The notes beneath the pieces are model-generated. The model had not been told where the DNA came from and did no database searches. It was given only the letters and a program-made list of their open reading frames with translations. 64,000 bases of DNA from an uncultured Gammaproteobacteria bacterium (lineage in GTDB: Bacteria; Pseudomonadota; Gammaproteobacteria; JACCXJ01), in contig CAVXTM010000018.1 in assembly GCA_963764725.1 (NCBI GenBank), forward strand, positions 512,001 to 576,000, written 5' to 3'. Both the position numbers and the translations under genes were made by a program. Numbering within the stretch: position 1 is the stretch's first letter; the number at the start of each line of letters is the position of its first letter. Positions 21,225-32,205 of the stretch are shown here, one piece after another.

Positions 21225-21310
21225 CACCATCATTATCTAAGACTTGCAGCGTGAGATCGGGACGTGAAGATTAACGCCAGATTGGCGCATACGAGTTTTC
21301 GGGAAGGACA
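21225..21310 (+). repeat. Solo right end of integrase-core element, subfamily B
   Basis: CACCATCATTATCTAAGACTTGCAGCGTGAGATCGGG...GAGTTTTCGGGAAGGACA, near-identical to 15315-15399. Confidence 0.8.
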
Positions 21311-21465
21311 GGTTTACCATAACACCTTCGTCGCTCTCCTTTGTCATCTTCTATGATCAACACCCAGAGAATAACAACCGTCAGATGGATCATAATTAAT
21401 ACAGCTGATGGCAATCATGGGATAGCCCCGTAGAAGTAACCTACAGGAAGGTCACCTATGGGGTC

Positions 21466-22403
21466 TCACTCCCGTAGAACAGGACACGTCATACAGTGCA
21501 CCCCGCCGTTGCCCTTGATAAGTTCCAAGCCGGATACGCCGGTTACGGCTCCACCGCGGCGTTCAATCGCCTCTACGTTTTCATCCGTATGCGCATAGCC
21601 GATCACCTGCCGTGGTGCGTAGGCTAAATAGCACATGCCGAACTCTGTCTTACGTTGAGGCATTCAACGTCCAGCTTTTTGAGATATTCAGATAACCAGA
21701 TGTACTCTTCGGAACTGTCCGGACGCAGGATTTTCGCCGGCGAGATGTCCAGTTTATCGGCGTTGAGGAACACCAGGTCCTCATCAATCACCATAAAGAG
21801 GCTATCGAGGTGGATATACCCCTGCGGCAGGTTGACGACGATCAGTTCATCCAGCGATTGCTTCAACGTAAACGAGGCGAGCTGACTGATCGCGTGCTCT
21901 GTGGTCCGATCACAGATGCTCACTACCCCAATGCGCTCCCGAAGACACAGGTTGCCACCGCCTTCGAGGTAGCCAGGATAGGCAATCTCCCCAAGGATCG
22001 GGACCCCGATGGCTTTGAAGCATTCGCGCACTACCCACCCGTCCCACTGTCTTCCCTTGAGATAGGGATTCATGATCATGGCCCCTTGGTCGTAGACGGT
22101 GGCCAGGTCCCGCATGAACACGAGATTGGGACGGCGGGCAATGTAGTTCAGCGCCTCGCTGTTATCTTTCAGCACATCCGTCAGGAAGATAATGTCAATC
22201 CCCTGTACTGAGAACGCTTCCACTATCGCATCGTACTCCGCAAGGTAGATTTCCGGATTCACTGGGCTGTTGAAGTTGTAATAGGTTAGCGTGTCCTTCC
22301 GCACCCAAAGGAGATCCTCTGGCTGCGGCCGATGTAACAGGAGGGTTTTCAAGGGCCGGTATTCGTTTTGGGCGCCGTATATCATGGCGATTCCCAGACT
22401 CAA
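21466..22403 (-). pseudogene. Arginine deiminase/amidinotransferase family protein (frameshift near 21650)
   Basis: PNLVFMRD, LEGG, YIHLDS, C-terminal GNGGVHCMTCPV. Confidence 0.82.
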
Positions 22404-22458
22404 ACTCTACCAATTCAAAGCAGGCGCATCCGTTTCTGTTTCAGGATGGCGATGGTTG

Positions 22459-22974
22459 CTACAGGTGCAAAGCCATGATCAGGTCATCTATATATTCTCC
22501 ATGTTGATAAAAAGCACCTCGCAATCGACCTTCCTCCACAAAGCCGAACTTCTTGTACAGATGAATCGCCGCACCGTTGCGGGCATAAACAAAAAGTTCG
22601 ATACGTTTCACGACATGTGTATTTTTTGCCCATTCCATGGCGCGCGTCATAAGAGCGCTCCCAACTCCTCGATTTCGCCAGTCTTTATGGATGGACATCG
22701 CTAAAGCTACCACATGCCGAGTGGCTTTACGTTTGCCCCCCTTGCATTCCAGTACACCGATAATCTGCCCTTCGATCTCTGCGAACAAGAAGATCGAATT
22801 ATCCGATGCAGCGTAATCGGACAGGGTCTTTTGCTCTTCTTCGATGGTAGGATTGAACTCCTCAGGCGCAAGAGGGATGTCAATGTTAGGCTCCGTCGCT
22901 AGACGCTGGCCGTGCGCGATGATGGATTCGGCATCGGCCCGTGTAGCTTCTCGTATCATTACTTGCATTTGCAA
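22459..22974 (-). CDS. GNAT family N-acetyltransferase (YhhY-like)
   Basis: IREATRADA, WRNRGVGSALM, RIELFVYARNGAAIHLYKKFGF. Confidence 0.9.
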   Translation of the reverse strand: MQMQVMIREATRADAESIIAHGQRLATEPNIDIPLAPEEFNPTIEEEQKTLSDYAASDNSIFLFAEIEGQIIGVLECKGGKRKATRHVVALAMSIHKDWRNRGVGSALMTRAMEWAKNTHVVKRIELFVYARNGAAIHLYKKFGFVEEGRLRGAFYQHGEYIDDLIMALHL

Positions 22975-23249
22975 TATCCTAGCAGTCCAGCTATTGGGGC
23001 CGACTCATTTAAAGCATTGACAGCAATCCCCATCGAGAAACCCGTACCAATGATTACGGTTTCTGACCAACCACCATGAAGCCTGTATATGAACAGAAGA
23101 ACGTCCCTGCTTCATCGCAACCTCTGAGTTCCTCGAAAAGCTCATTAGCATATTTCGGAACAGCTATTTAGCTCGCGCTTGCTCCAGGAATGGGTGAGGT
23201 AGGATGAAAAAAATGGACGCCTTCGATAGGGTATAAGAGAAGGAGGTGT

Positions 23250-23331
23250 TCAATGAATAAGTTACCGAAGCAGGTTTACACGAAAGAGTTTCGTGAGAAC
23301 GCGGTGAAGCTGGTGGTGGAGGAGAGGTTAA
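23250..23331 (+). pseudogene. IS3 OrfA N-terminal remnant truncated by IS5
   Basis: AAGGAGG RBS; LPKQVYTKEFRENAVKLVVEE. Confidence 0.55.
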
Positions 23332-24502
23332 GGAACCTCTGCAAAAGTCCACGATCTGATCGGTAGGCGCACCGAATACAATCGAGGACGATAATGAGCA
23401 AGCAGATGACACTGGGCACGGGTTTCGAGAAGTACAGCAAGACCACGCGTCGGGAGAGATTTCTCACCGCCGTATTGTGCCGTGGGGAGATTTGTGCGCA
23501 CTGATAGCGCCCATGTATCCGAAGGCGGGTGATGGCCGTCCTCCGAAGGAACTGGAGATGATGCTGCGGGTGTACTTTCTGCAGCAGTGGTTCAACCTCT
23601 CGGATCCGGGCGTGGAGGAAGCCCTGTACGACTCGGTGTCGATGCGCCGGTTTGCGGGCATCGACTTGGGCGAGATGCCGGTGCCGGATGAGTCCACGGT
23701 GCTGCGCTTCCGCCATTTGTTGGAGGCACATGGGCTGGGCTGTTCGAGCAGGTGCATGGGTACTTGGAGCGCCAAGGCATCAAGATTGGCACCGGCACGA
23801 TTGTCGATGCCACGATTATCAGCGCCCCGCCCTCGACCAAGAACAAAGACAAGCGCCGTGACCCGGACATGCATCCGACCAAGAAAGGTAACCAGTGGTA
23901 TTTCGGGATGAAAGCGCACATCGGTGTGGACAGTCAAACCAAGCTCATCCACGCGGTGGTCGCCACCCCGGCCCATGTGCACGACTCGGTGTGTTGCCCG
24001 ATCTCTTGCACGGGGAGGAGACACGTGTGTGGGGCGACTCGGCCTATCAGGGGCAGAGTGAGGTCATACGCAAGCACGCACCGAAGGCCACCGATTTCAC
24101 CCATCGACGTTACCGTTACAAGAAGGGGATCGACGAAGTCCAACGGGCGAAGAATAAGGCCAAGTCCAGCGTGCGCGCCAAGGTCGAGCACCCCTTTCTC
24201 ATCATTAAGCGTATCTTTGGCTTCGTGAAGACCCGCTATAAGGGGTTGGCGAAGAGAGCCAGGCCCAAGGATGGGCCTGCTTGGCGCCCTGAGGATGGAG
24301 CGCACACCGTTTGTTCGTCACCTGTGCGCTGACCAATCTGTACCTGATGCGCCGGCGGCTGTGGCGACTGTCGGGGGCGTAGTGTGTCTGCCCTATGGCA
24401 AACGGGGCGAACATGGCCCCCTGAACGATGAAAAACGAGCCTCAAGGCCGCGTTTCCGTCTGACATCGATTCGTATGCATGCCGCGCAACCATAGAGCTT
24501 CC
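23332..24502 (+). mobile_element. IS5-family element, decayed (frameshifted transposase)
   Basis: MSKQMTLGTGFEKYSKTTRRERFL, QQWFNLSDPGVEEALYD, IVDATII, GMKAHIGVD, RAKVEHPF; ends GGAACCTCTG / AGAGCTTCC with TTAA/TTAG flanks. Confidence 0.85.
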
Positions 24503-24525
24503 TTAGATCGTCGCTTTCTAAAAAA

Positions 24526-24553
24526 GTGGGTCAGTTTTCAATCATCGTTGACA
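24526..24553. repeat. Possible solo IS21-type terminal inverted repeat
   Basis: GTGGGTCAGTTTTCAATCATCGTTGACA, abutting the truncated ISL3. Confidence 0.4.
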
Positions 24554-25011
24554 ACGTACCAGGCAAAGCGCTTGGTGTAGAGCGGGTTGTCGGCCAGAAA
24601 GTCCAGACGCTCGCGCTTCACCGTCGCGCACTTGCGACAGCGCACCCGCCGGACCTCCAACTCGAGCCACACGCGTGTGTCATCGCAAGAGAGGTCCCGT
24701 ACCTGCCGGACCTTCTTGTCGTACCAGCTCCGATGCACGGTCCCGCAGGCCCCGCAAATCGTTTTTTTGAGCCTCGGACGAGCGTGATGATGCGGGCCTT
24801 CGGTTCCCCGAAGACACCGCTTACGGTTGCCCGCGGATGCAAGCCTTCGAAGACGTATGTGTCGGTGAACCGACGGGGGCGATTGCATTAGGTTGCCATC
24901 GCCGCAGCATGCCAGAAATCACCGCCCCCTCAACCGGACTCAACGCCTTGCCTGGCAAGCCTCGCAGCGTGATCATGACCCTAAACAACCCACACGACTT
25001 CACGAAGACCC
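24554..25011 (-). mobile_element. Divergent ISL3 5' fragment
   Basis: End CACGAAGACCC (25011); ICGACGTVHRSWYDKKVRQVRDLSC; premature stop near the orfA start. Confidence 0.85.
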
Positions 25012-25019
25012 AATTAACA

Positions 25020-25185
25020 TAACGGGGCTCTATCACTTCAGCCCAAAGGCTTACGGCCTACAGCCCTGTCTACGCTTGACCCCTGCCGTTACCGATAGTG
25101 GCCCAAGACTCGGTACGAGGTGTGCCGGGTCAGCACTTCCTCGGTGGCTTTTCAGCCACTAGCGATTGGGCGCCTCGTGGCGCAC
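25020..25185 (-). ncRNA. Group II intron 5' (domain I) fragment
   Basis: Minus strand begins GTGCGCCACGAGGCGCCC...CTGAAAAG...GGTAAC...AAGCGTAGACAG; cut by the ISL3 fragment. Confidence 0.65.
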
Positions 25186-25201
25186 TAACTCAGTGATATT
25201 A

Positions 25202-25255
25202 TGGTGGCCGTGTAGGGCTCGAACCTACGACCTACTGATTAAGAGGCACCTGCTC
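25202..25255 (-). pseudogene. tRNA-Lys(CTT) 3' remnant / att-like site
   Basis: GAGCAGGTGCCTCTTAATCAGTAGGTCGTAGGTTCGAGCCCTACACGGCCACCA: T-arm, CCA and anticodon loop present; 5' acceptor strand missing. Confidence 0.7.
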
Positions 25256-25648
25256 CTACTTATACCTAGTCCGTGCGGCAGCGGGACGAAATACAAAGTC
25301 TGCTGCCGATCCCCTCGCACCTTGCATTGATCAATCAGGACCTAACCAGTGGAAAAAGACGGTGATTCGGCCAGGATATTGGTTTCGCCGCTTATTTTTG
25401 CGCATTACGGCCGGCGCGAATGCGATCCTATCGCGGCCTGATGGTTGTTAACCCACACTTCTCACTAGTCCATGGCTGCGGACGCGCGCCTGCGGAAAAA
25501 TACGGCGTTGCGCTCACCGTAAGGCTCGCTTCGAGTGCTAGACGTACTGTTCAAGTACGCCCCTTGGCCGCTGCACGCTCGAACGCCTTGTCTCTTCAGC
25601 ATCCGCGCGCCCGTTGCTATGGCCGCCTCGCTCGCGATCTGGTGACCA

Positions 25649-26701
25649 GTGCGGGTTAAGCAGCGCACCGCGGGGAGGCCGGCCGCGGACCGCCGATACC
25701 GTTGGGCAGACCTGGACGATGCGGCGCTCTTACACCTGCAGTTTCGCGACCTGCAACTGCGCGTCGCGGACAGCGTCGTGTGGGCCGATGTGCAGCGTCT
25801 TTACGCGGAGCTGGACCGGCGCGGGATCTGTTTTAAGCCGCACGTCTGGCTGTCTGAGGAATGGTTCTCGCCGGACGGTGTGCCCGGCATCGCGGTGCCC
25901 TTCTTCGTCGCGCATCCGCGGCTGCGCCGTCTGGAACGCCGCATGATGGGCGACGTCGAGGGCGGTAGTCGCAAGTGGCGGCTGCGTATCTTGCGTCACG
26001 AGGCGGGCCATGCGCTGGACACGGCGTACGGGCTGAGAAGGCGCGCCGAGTGGCGGCGGGTATTCGGCCGGGCGTCGGAGCCCTATCCGGATGACTACTC
26101 GCCGCGCCCGAGCAGCCGCCGGCACGTGCTGCATCTCGGATACTGGTATGCCCAGAGTCACCCGACCGAGGACTTCGCCGAGACCTTCGCCGTGTGGTTG
26201 CAACCAAAGGCTCGCTGGCGGCGCGAATACGCGGGTTGGCCGGTGCTTCAGAAGCTCGAATACGTGGACAGGCTGATGGAGGAAATTGCCGGGCGGTTGC
26301 CGCGCAACCGTGATCGTTCGGTGATCGAGCCCCTATCGAGAAACGATGGCACGTTGGCGAGGCACTACCGCCGCAAGGTGCCTCGTTACAAACGCATCGA
26401 GCGCCGCTACGACTCGTGGCTTCTGCGCACGTTCGTACCGCGCCCCGTCAGGCCCAAGGCGGTGCCGGCCGGGCGATTCATCCGCGAGATCGAACCGCAG
26501 CTCAAGCGCTTGCTCGTGCGGCGCGCCCGGCTGCACCCCTACCTCGTGGACCATGCAATCGACACGATCACGTTCCGCGTGCGTCAGCTCGATCTGGTGC
26601 TGCATGGCCCGAAGCGCGAAAGCAAACGGCTAGTCTTGCGCCTGCACGAGCGGGTCGTCCTCGATGTGCTGCGGCGCAACCATGAGAGCTACCTGCTATG
26701 A
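25649..26701 (+). CDS. Putative zinc-binding metallopeptidase (zincin-like)
   Basis: EEWFSPDG, ILRHEAGHALD (HExxH), YAQSHPTEDFAETFAVW. Confidence 0.85.
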   Translation: MRVKQRTAGRPAADRRYRWADLDDAALLHLQFRDLQLRVADSVVWADVQRLYAELDRRGICFKPHVWLSEEWFSPDGVPGIAVPFFVAHPRLRRLERRMMGDVEGGSRKWRLRILRHEAGHALDTAYGLRRRAEWRRVFGRASEPYPDDYSPRPSSRRHVLHLGYWYAQSHPTEDFAETFAVWLQPKARWRREYAGWPVLQKLEYVDRLMEEIAGRLPRNRDRSVIEPLSRNDGTLARHYRRKVPRYKRIERRYDSWLLRTFVPRPVRPKAVPAGRFIREIEPQLKRLLVRRARLHPYLVDHAIDTITFRVRQLDLVLHGPKRESKRLVLRLHERVVLDVLRRNHESYLL

Positions 26702-27732
26702 AGCGATACAGAATCCTGCTCATCGTGCACGAGATGCTCGTCCCGCCATCGGATTTCGCGGGTCTCACCGACGCCGACATCGACGAGTGCCGTGCCGAGT
26801 ACAACGTCTTCTCGACGCTCCACAACCTCGGCTACGAGGTTCGGGTGATCGGCCTCGGCGATCAGCTGACGGAGCTGCGCGAAGCGATCAGTGATTGGCG
26901 GCCCCACATCGTCTTCAACTTGCTCGAGGAATTCTCCGGCATCGTTTCCTACGACCACTACGTGGTGGCGTATCTCGAGCTGATGCGCCAACCCTACACC
27001 GGCTGCAATCCGCGGGGACTCATGATCTCGCGCGACAAGGTGCTGACCAAGCAGGTGCTCGCCTGGCATCGCATCGCGACGCCGGCCTTCCAGCTCTTTC
27101 CCTTCGGCACGCGATTCCGTGAGCCCCGGCGCTTGAATTTCCCGTTGTTCGTCAAGTCGGCGACGGACGATGCGTCGCTCGGCATCTCGCAGGCGTCTGC
27201 GGTCGAGGACATGAAGAGCCTCCGTGAGCGAGTGGAGTTCATCCACGACCAGGTTCAGAGCGATGCGCTGGTCGAGGAGTACATCGACGGGCGCGAGCTC
27301 TACATCAGTGTGCTCGGAAACTCCCGGCTCACCACGCTACCGGTGTGGGAGATGGACTTCGGCACGTTGCCGAAGGTCCAGGCCGGCATCGCCACGCGCA
27401 AGGTCAAGTGGGACCGGAAGTACCAGAGCAAGCACGGCATCGCCACGGGCCCCGCGCGTGATTTGAGTGCGGCGCGGGCGGAGCAATTGAGCCGTCTCGC
27501 AAAACGGATCTACCGTACCCTGCACATGAGTGGCTTTGCCCGCATGGACCTTCGCATGCGCGACGACGGCAGCGTATTCGTGCTCGAGGCAAACGCCAAT
27601 CCGAACCTCACTTTCGGTGAGGACTTCGCCGAATCGGCGGAGGCCGTCGGCATCGGTTACGAAGCACTGCTCACCCGTATCGTGAATCTGGGGCGCGCCT
27701 ACATGCCCGAGTGGCGGCTGTTCGAGCCCTAA
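26698..27732 (+). CDS. D-Ala-D-Ala-ligase-like ATP-grasp protein
   Basis: VFNLLEEF, PYTGC, FVKSATDDASLGI, VEEYIDGRE, ARMDLRM, LEANANPNL; ATGA overlap with the upstream gene. Confidence 0.88.
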   Translation: MKRYRILLIVHEMLVPPSDFAGLTDADIDECRAEYNVFSTLHNLGYEVRVIGLGDQLTELREAISDWRPHIVFNLLEEFSGIVSYDHYVVAYLELMRQPYTGCNPRGLMISRDKVLTKQVLAWHRIATPAFQLFPFGTRFREPRRLNFPLFVKSATDDASLGISQASAVEDMKSLRERVEFIHDQVQSDALVEEYIDGRELYISVLGNSRLTTLPVWEMDFGTLPKVQAGIATRKVKWDRKYQSKHGIATGPARDLSAARAEQLSRLAKRIYRTLHMSGFARMDLRMRDDGSVFVLEANANPNLTFGEDFAESAEAVGIGYEALLTRIVNLGRAYMPEWRLFEP

Positions 27733-27847
27733 AAGCCTGTCTGTCGCGAATTGCTAATTATAAGGCGAAATCCGAACTAGTTTCAGTCTTATCAATCCGT
27801 GCTTGGTTGGTAAGGTAGGAGCATGCGAGAAGCTTTCCACACATGGG

Positions 27848-28177
27848 TTAAGCGAGCACGTCTTTTAAGGCCTTGAGCGGCAGTGCGCGAATGACTTTCC
27901 GCGCAGGCTTCGCCTTGATCATAATTTCCTCGCCGGTTAGCGGATTGCGCCCTTTCCGCGCCTGGGTCGCCGGTTTCTCGACTCGCCTTAGCTTGACCGC
28001 TAGCTCGGGCACGACGAACTCTCCGGAGCCTCCCTTTTTCAGATGACAGCGGGCACAGTTCGCTAGGGCTTCCAACACCGCTTTGACCTGTGCTTTCGTG
28101 AGCTTCGACGTCTCGGTAATCGTGGAGAGGATTTCTGCTTTGCTTTGTTTCTTCGCAATCGCTTTTTCGGTTGCCAA
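27848..28177 (-). CDS. HU-family DNA-binding protein
   Basis: SKAEILSTITE..KLTKAQVKAVLEAL, KPATQARKGRNPLTGEEIMIKAKPARKV. Confidence 0.88.
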   Translation of the reverse strand: MATEKAIAKKQSKAEILSTITETSKLTKAQVKAVLEALANCARCHLKKGGSGEFVVPELAVKLRRVEKPATQARKGRNPLTGEEIMIKAKPARKVIRALPLKALKDVLA

Positions 28178-28769
28178 TAGCGTTCCCCATTATATTTAAG
28201 AGTGTATCGGTAGCTACCATTATAGACGCGCGCAGGACTGCGGATCTGATATTCGACACTTTCTGGTGAGCGAGACGGATGACATCGACCGGCTTGAAAG
28301 GGGAAGCGCTAGATGGGGGACGTGCCGTCGCAGGCCATGAGCCGATTCCTGTCAGTTCACAGCCAGGTGCATAATCTTTTTCGCGTCGGCCGTCATCTTT
28401 TAAGGGCGTGTCATTACCGCCTGTTCCGTGAGCGCTCGTTTTCGACTTGGCAAGAGGTGACTTGCGCCTGCTGAATCGGTAGCTGAACCTAAACCGCAGC
28501 CGAAAATAAGCTACGTTCGATAACTTGTCAAAACCAATCCCATTCATGCGGGAGTTATCATCCTGGTATTTCACCTACTGGTTATGCTGTCCAGACTCGT
28601 GCGTCCCGGAGGTGTGCGCAGCATCCTTGCCGAGTCCTGCTTCTGAAACACCGGCTTATCGTTGTAAGTCGCTCGCAGAAACGAGCTCCGAATCTCACAC
28701 CCTGGGATCGGCCTTATTTCGCGGTGCAGAATAAGCGAGCTGGTACAATGGCTTCAATCCTTTTTCCGC

Positions 28770-29682
28770 GTGAATACCTTGGATCAAATCCGCTTCGGCA
28801 TCGATCTTGGCGGTACAAAAATCGAAATGCTGGCGCTCGACAAATCGGGAAAGGAATTGCTGCGCCAAAGGATTGCGACACCTGTGAACGATTACCTCGC
28901 CACCGTAAAGGCCATAGCGGGCCTGGTGTACGCCGCCGAAAAGTCGCTCGCGGCGCGCGCCAGCGTCGGCATTGCGACACCTGGCGCGGTGTCGCGATTG
29001 ACGGGGCGCATCAAGAACGCCAATTCCACTTCTCTCAACGGAAAACCATTGGTAGCGGATCTGCAATCGGCCCTGCAACGCGAAGTTCGGATCGAGAACG
29101 ACGCCAACTGCTTTGCCCTATCCGAAGCCACCGATGGCGCGGCGGCCGGGGCGCGCACGGTATTCGGGGTCATTCTCGGCACCGGCGTCGGCGGCGGCAT
29201 CGTCATCGACGGCAAAACGCTGACCGGCGTCAACGCCATTGCCGGCGAGTGGGGGCACAATCCCCTGCCGTTTCCTAGCGCCGAAGAACTCCCGCAGGCG
29301 CCGCGTTGTTATTGCGGCAAGACGAGTTGCATCGAAACCTGGCTCTCCGGGCCCGGTATGACGGCCGATTATTTTCGCCTCACCGGCCAAGCCATCGATG
29401 CCGCGGAAATTGTTATGCGCGCGCACGCCGGCGACGCCGCATGCGAAGCCACGCTGCAACGTTATGAAGAGCGCTTGGCGCGTGCCCTGCGTCATCAACG
29501 TGATCGATCCGGAATTCATCGTGCTCGGCGGCGGGCTATCGAATATTTCGCGTTGGTATCAAAGCGTGCCGCAGCTGTGGGGACGTCACGTTTTCTCCGA
29601 TCACGTCGCCACCAGGCTTTTGCCGCCGAAGTTCGGCGATTCGAGCGGCGTGCGCGGCGCGGCATGGCTGTGGAGTCGATAG
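28770..29682 (+). pseudogene. mak: ROK-family fructokinase (Mak-like), frameshift near 29490
   Basis: GIDLGGTKIE, IENDANCFALSEA, GTGVGGG, GEWGHNPLP, CYCGKTSCIE; second frame VINVIDPEFIVLGGGLSN..GDSSGVRGAAWLW. Confidence 0.85.
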
Positions 29683-30057
29683 ACTGTCATTGGCGTAACT
29701 GCAGCAATCGAGGCCGTCGTAGCGATGAAACGGCAGAATCCGAGGTTCGGGTGCTTGAAGATAGCCCAAGAGATAACCCCATGCCTTCGGGGTGGAGATC
29801 AATAAGGATGTCGTCAGAAGGAACATTATGACCCCTCATTGAACGACGACGGCCCTCTTGCCTGACCACCATTGGCTAGATCAAAGACAGTCGTAATAAA
29901 CCGCCGTCACTGCTCGCGGCGTGCAGTTTTACCGCTCGAATGTTGGTCCGCAAAACCGATGCGGTACGAAGCGAAACAAAGCGTTACGAGGCGATATTTA
30001 ACGATATTGAGGACCGGAAACTCAACTAACTTATTGAATATAAACGATTCTATCAAG

Positions 30058-30104
30058 GACTGAAAATCCCTGTGTCGGCGGTTCAATTCCGTCCCTGGCC
30101 ACCA
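30058..30104 (+). repeat. tRNA-Phe(GAA) 3' half, att core 1
   Basis: GACTGAAAATCCCTGTGTCGGCGGTTCAATTCCGTCCCTGGCCACCA; no 5' half; IHF consensus AATCAATAGGTTA at 30107-30119. Confidence 0.9.
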
Positions 30105-30116
30105 TAAATCAATAGG

Positions 30117-30770
30117 TTAGCCTCCCACTTTCCCATGCAACAAAACCATTGCGGGACTTTTGCGGGACTCGGTCCCGCAAACAGCATTAGCTGCATCGAG
30201 TAAATTGGTTAGCTCCGCCGCGGAGTAGTGTGTTGTTATCCGTGCCGACTTGTGTCCTAGAAGGTCCTGCCGGTCTTCGAAGCTGACACCCGCCGCGCGC
30301 AGACGTCGCCCAAAGGTGTGCTTGAGGTCGTGCACCCGTACGTGCGGGAGTTCCGCCCGTTTCCGTGCTTTCCGCCAGGCCGAGTTGTTAATCCGGAGAA
30401 TCCCATGACCTTCGAACGTAAACACGTGCTCCGGATGCTCCCCCCGCACTGAATCAATGACCGACTTGGCCACCCGGTTGAGCACCACTAGCCTATCCGT
30501 GCGGTTCTTCACCGTATGCGCAGGGACAATAAAGGCGCTAGTGCTAAGTTCCGGCACCGGGAACTCCCAATCCCAGCGTAGCCGACAAACCTCAGCCTCG
30601 CGGCAACCCGTGTTGACCTTGAAGAGACACATGCGCGCGAGGTGCGTAGGCAACTCCCGAAATAACCGTTCTTGCTCATCCCACGACAGGGGATAGGGCT
30701 TACGAAGGTCGTGCTCGGGTATAAGTTTTATTTTAGGCGGGACCCTGAGCCACGTAAGACCGTGCTGCTC
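30117..30770 (-). pseudogene. Phage-type tyrosine integrase, C-terminal catalytic half
   Basis: NTGCREAEV, RVHDLKHTFGRRL, DLLGHKS..ITTHY (R, HxxH variant of HxxR, H, Y); N-terminus missing. Confidence 0.85.
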
Positions 30771-31071
30771 AGTGTCATCTGCTTGCTCATTATCGTCCTC
30801 GATCGTATTCGGTGCGCTTACCGATCAACCCAATGACATCCAGGTCGGGTAGCACGGAGCAGACCGCACCCAACCACCAGAAACGTCGGGGCAACCGTTG
30901 CCGAAAGAACACCTCTCCGATGAAAACGGCAGAGCCGATATGCGCGAACGCTGAGGCCATAGCTTTTGTTGGTGACTAAAGGTCTGAGATAGCCCGCGAT
31001 CCGCGTTCCATTGCAGGATGGAACGCTTTCTAAACGTGATTTCGAAGCATCAGCTGAACGGCGTCCCTGGG

Positions 31072-31767
31072 TCATGGGGATGCCCACATCGTCATCCCGC
31101 TCGAGAGTCGAAGCGTCCTAAGAGGTTCGATGGCCTGGGCGTGATTGTGGACAAAGGTTAACCACCGCTGATCGCCTCGGGGCGGCGGCGGGCGCCTGAG
31201 TATGTACTTGCGCAGGATGCGCGGCGAGATCTGGATCCCGAGTTTCAATAACAGTTCGTTGGCGATGCGCTCTTCGCCCCAGGTGATATTGTTGCGATCC
31301 ATCTGACGAATCAGTTCTCGAAGTTCAGCGGGGATTTTCGGTCGTCCACGCCGACACTTCCAACGCCACAACAGTCGAACCCCCGCGCGGTGCCACCCGA
31401 TCAAGGTCCTCGGTGCGACATTGACGAGGGCATCCTTCCAATCAAAGCAGCGCGAGAGCAGTACAAGGAGATAGCGCGACGCATTGTCAAACCGCCGCGG
31501 CACCACTTTGCGTTCTTGATAGAACGCGAGCTGCTTTCTAAGAAAGAGATTCTCCGCCGCAAGCGTTGCGCGGCTTTTCATGCAAAGCGCTAAGAAATTT
31601 AGGCTGTTCGTGATAAGCAAGCGGCCCGAAGCAGCGAACTCAATCATACAGCGAACGAGGTGCCCAAGAAATTCCACGCCTCTAGGCTACACCCGCATCT
31701 CCGTGCACGGCTAGCTGCTCCCGCAAGAGCAAGAAAATGCGCAATCAGATATTATCTGCGGACCACA
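31072..31767 (-). mobile_element. Integrase-core element subfamily A, 5' half
   Basis: LAAENLFLRKQLAFYQER, WGEERIANELLLKLGI, GDQRWLTF; terminus TGTGGTCCGCAGATAAT. Confidence 0.82.
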
Positions 31768-31785
31768 GTTGGCGAGTTACTATTT

Positions 31786-32205
31786 TTACGCAGGAGAGAA
31801 TGGATTCACAATCTGTAAACCATTGAGCCGCTGACCTGTCTGCAGGTCCTCGCTGTAGAGGACGGTACAACCGTTGGCGAGAGCCGCGCGTACGATCAGC
31901 GCATCCCAGAAGGAGAGCGCATGAAGGCGATGAAAGTCAATGGCGCCCAGTATGAGATCGAGGTCGACTTGCACGACATCCAGCCGGGCAAAAATCTCCA
32001 CCTTGCGCCGCGCGATTTCAGGCCTCACCTTCAGTTTGCGGGTAGTAGCAACGAAGTATTCCTGCAGAACCTGTGTGGAGATCACGCCGCTACGCTGGAG
32101 CCGTGCCTCCTCGACGAGGTTGAGAGCCGCCGTTTGCTTCTTGGGGGCATCGTGGTCATCCGTGTACACCAGTATGTTGCTATCGAAAAAACTACGAACG
32201 CCCAT
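31786..32205 (-). CDS. vapC: PIN-domain (VapC) toxin
   Basis: FFDSNILVY, ISTQVLQEY, LSFWDALIV, LYSEDLQ. Confidence 0.9.
   Translation of the reverse strand: MGVRSFFDSNILVYTDDHDAPKKQTAALNLVEEARLQRSGVISTQVLQEYFVATTRKLKVRPEIARRKVEIFARLDVVQVDLDLILGAIDFHRLHALSFWDALIVRAALANGCTVLYSEDLQTGQRLNGLQIVNPFSPA

Noticed and set aside
26698-27732. van-type glycopeptide resistance ligase
   Set aside because: No vanH/vanX/vanRS neighbours, and the sequence lacks canonical Ddl/Van N-terminal motifs.
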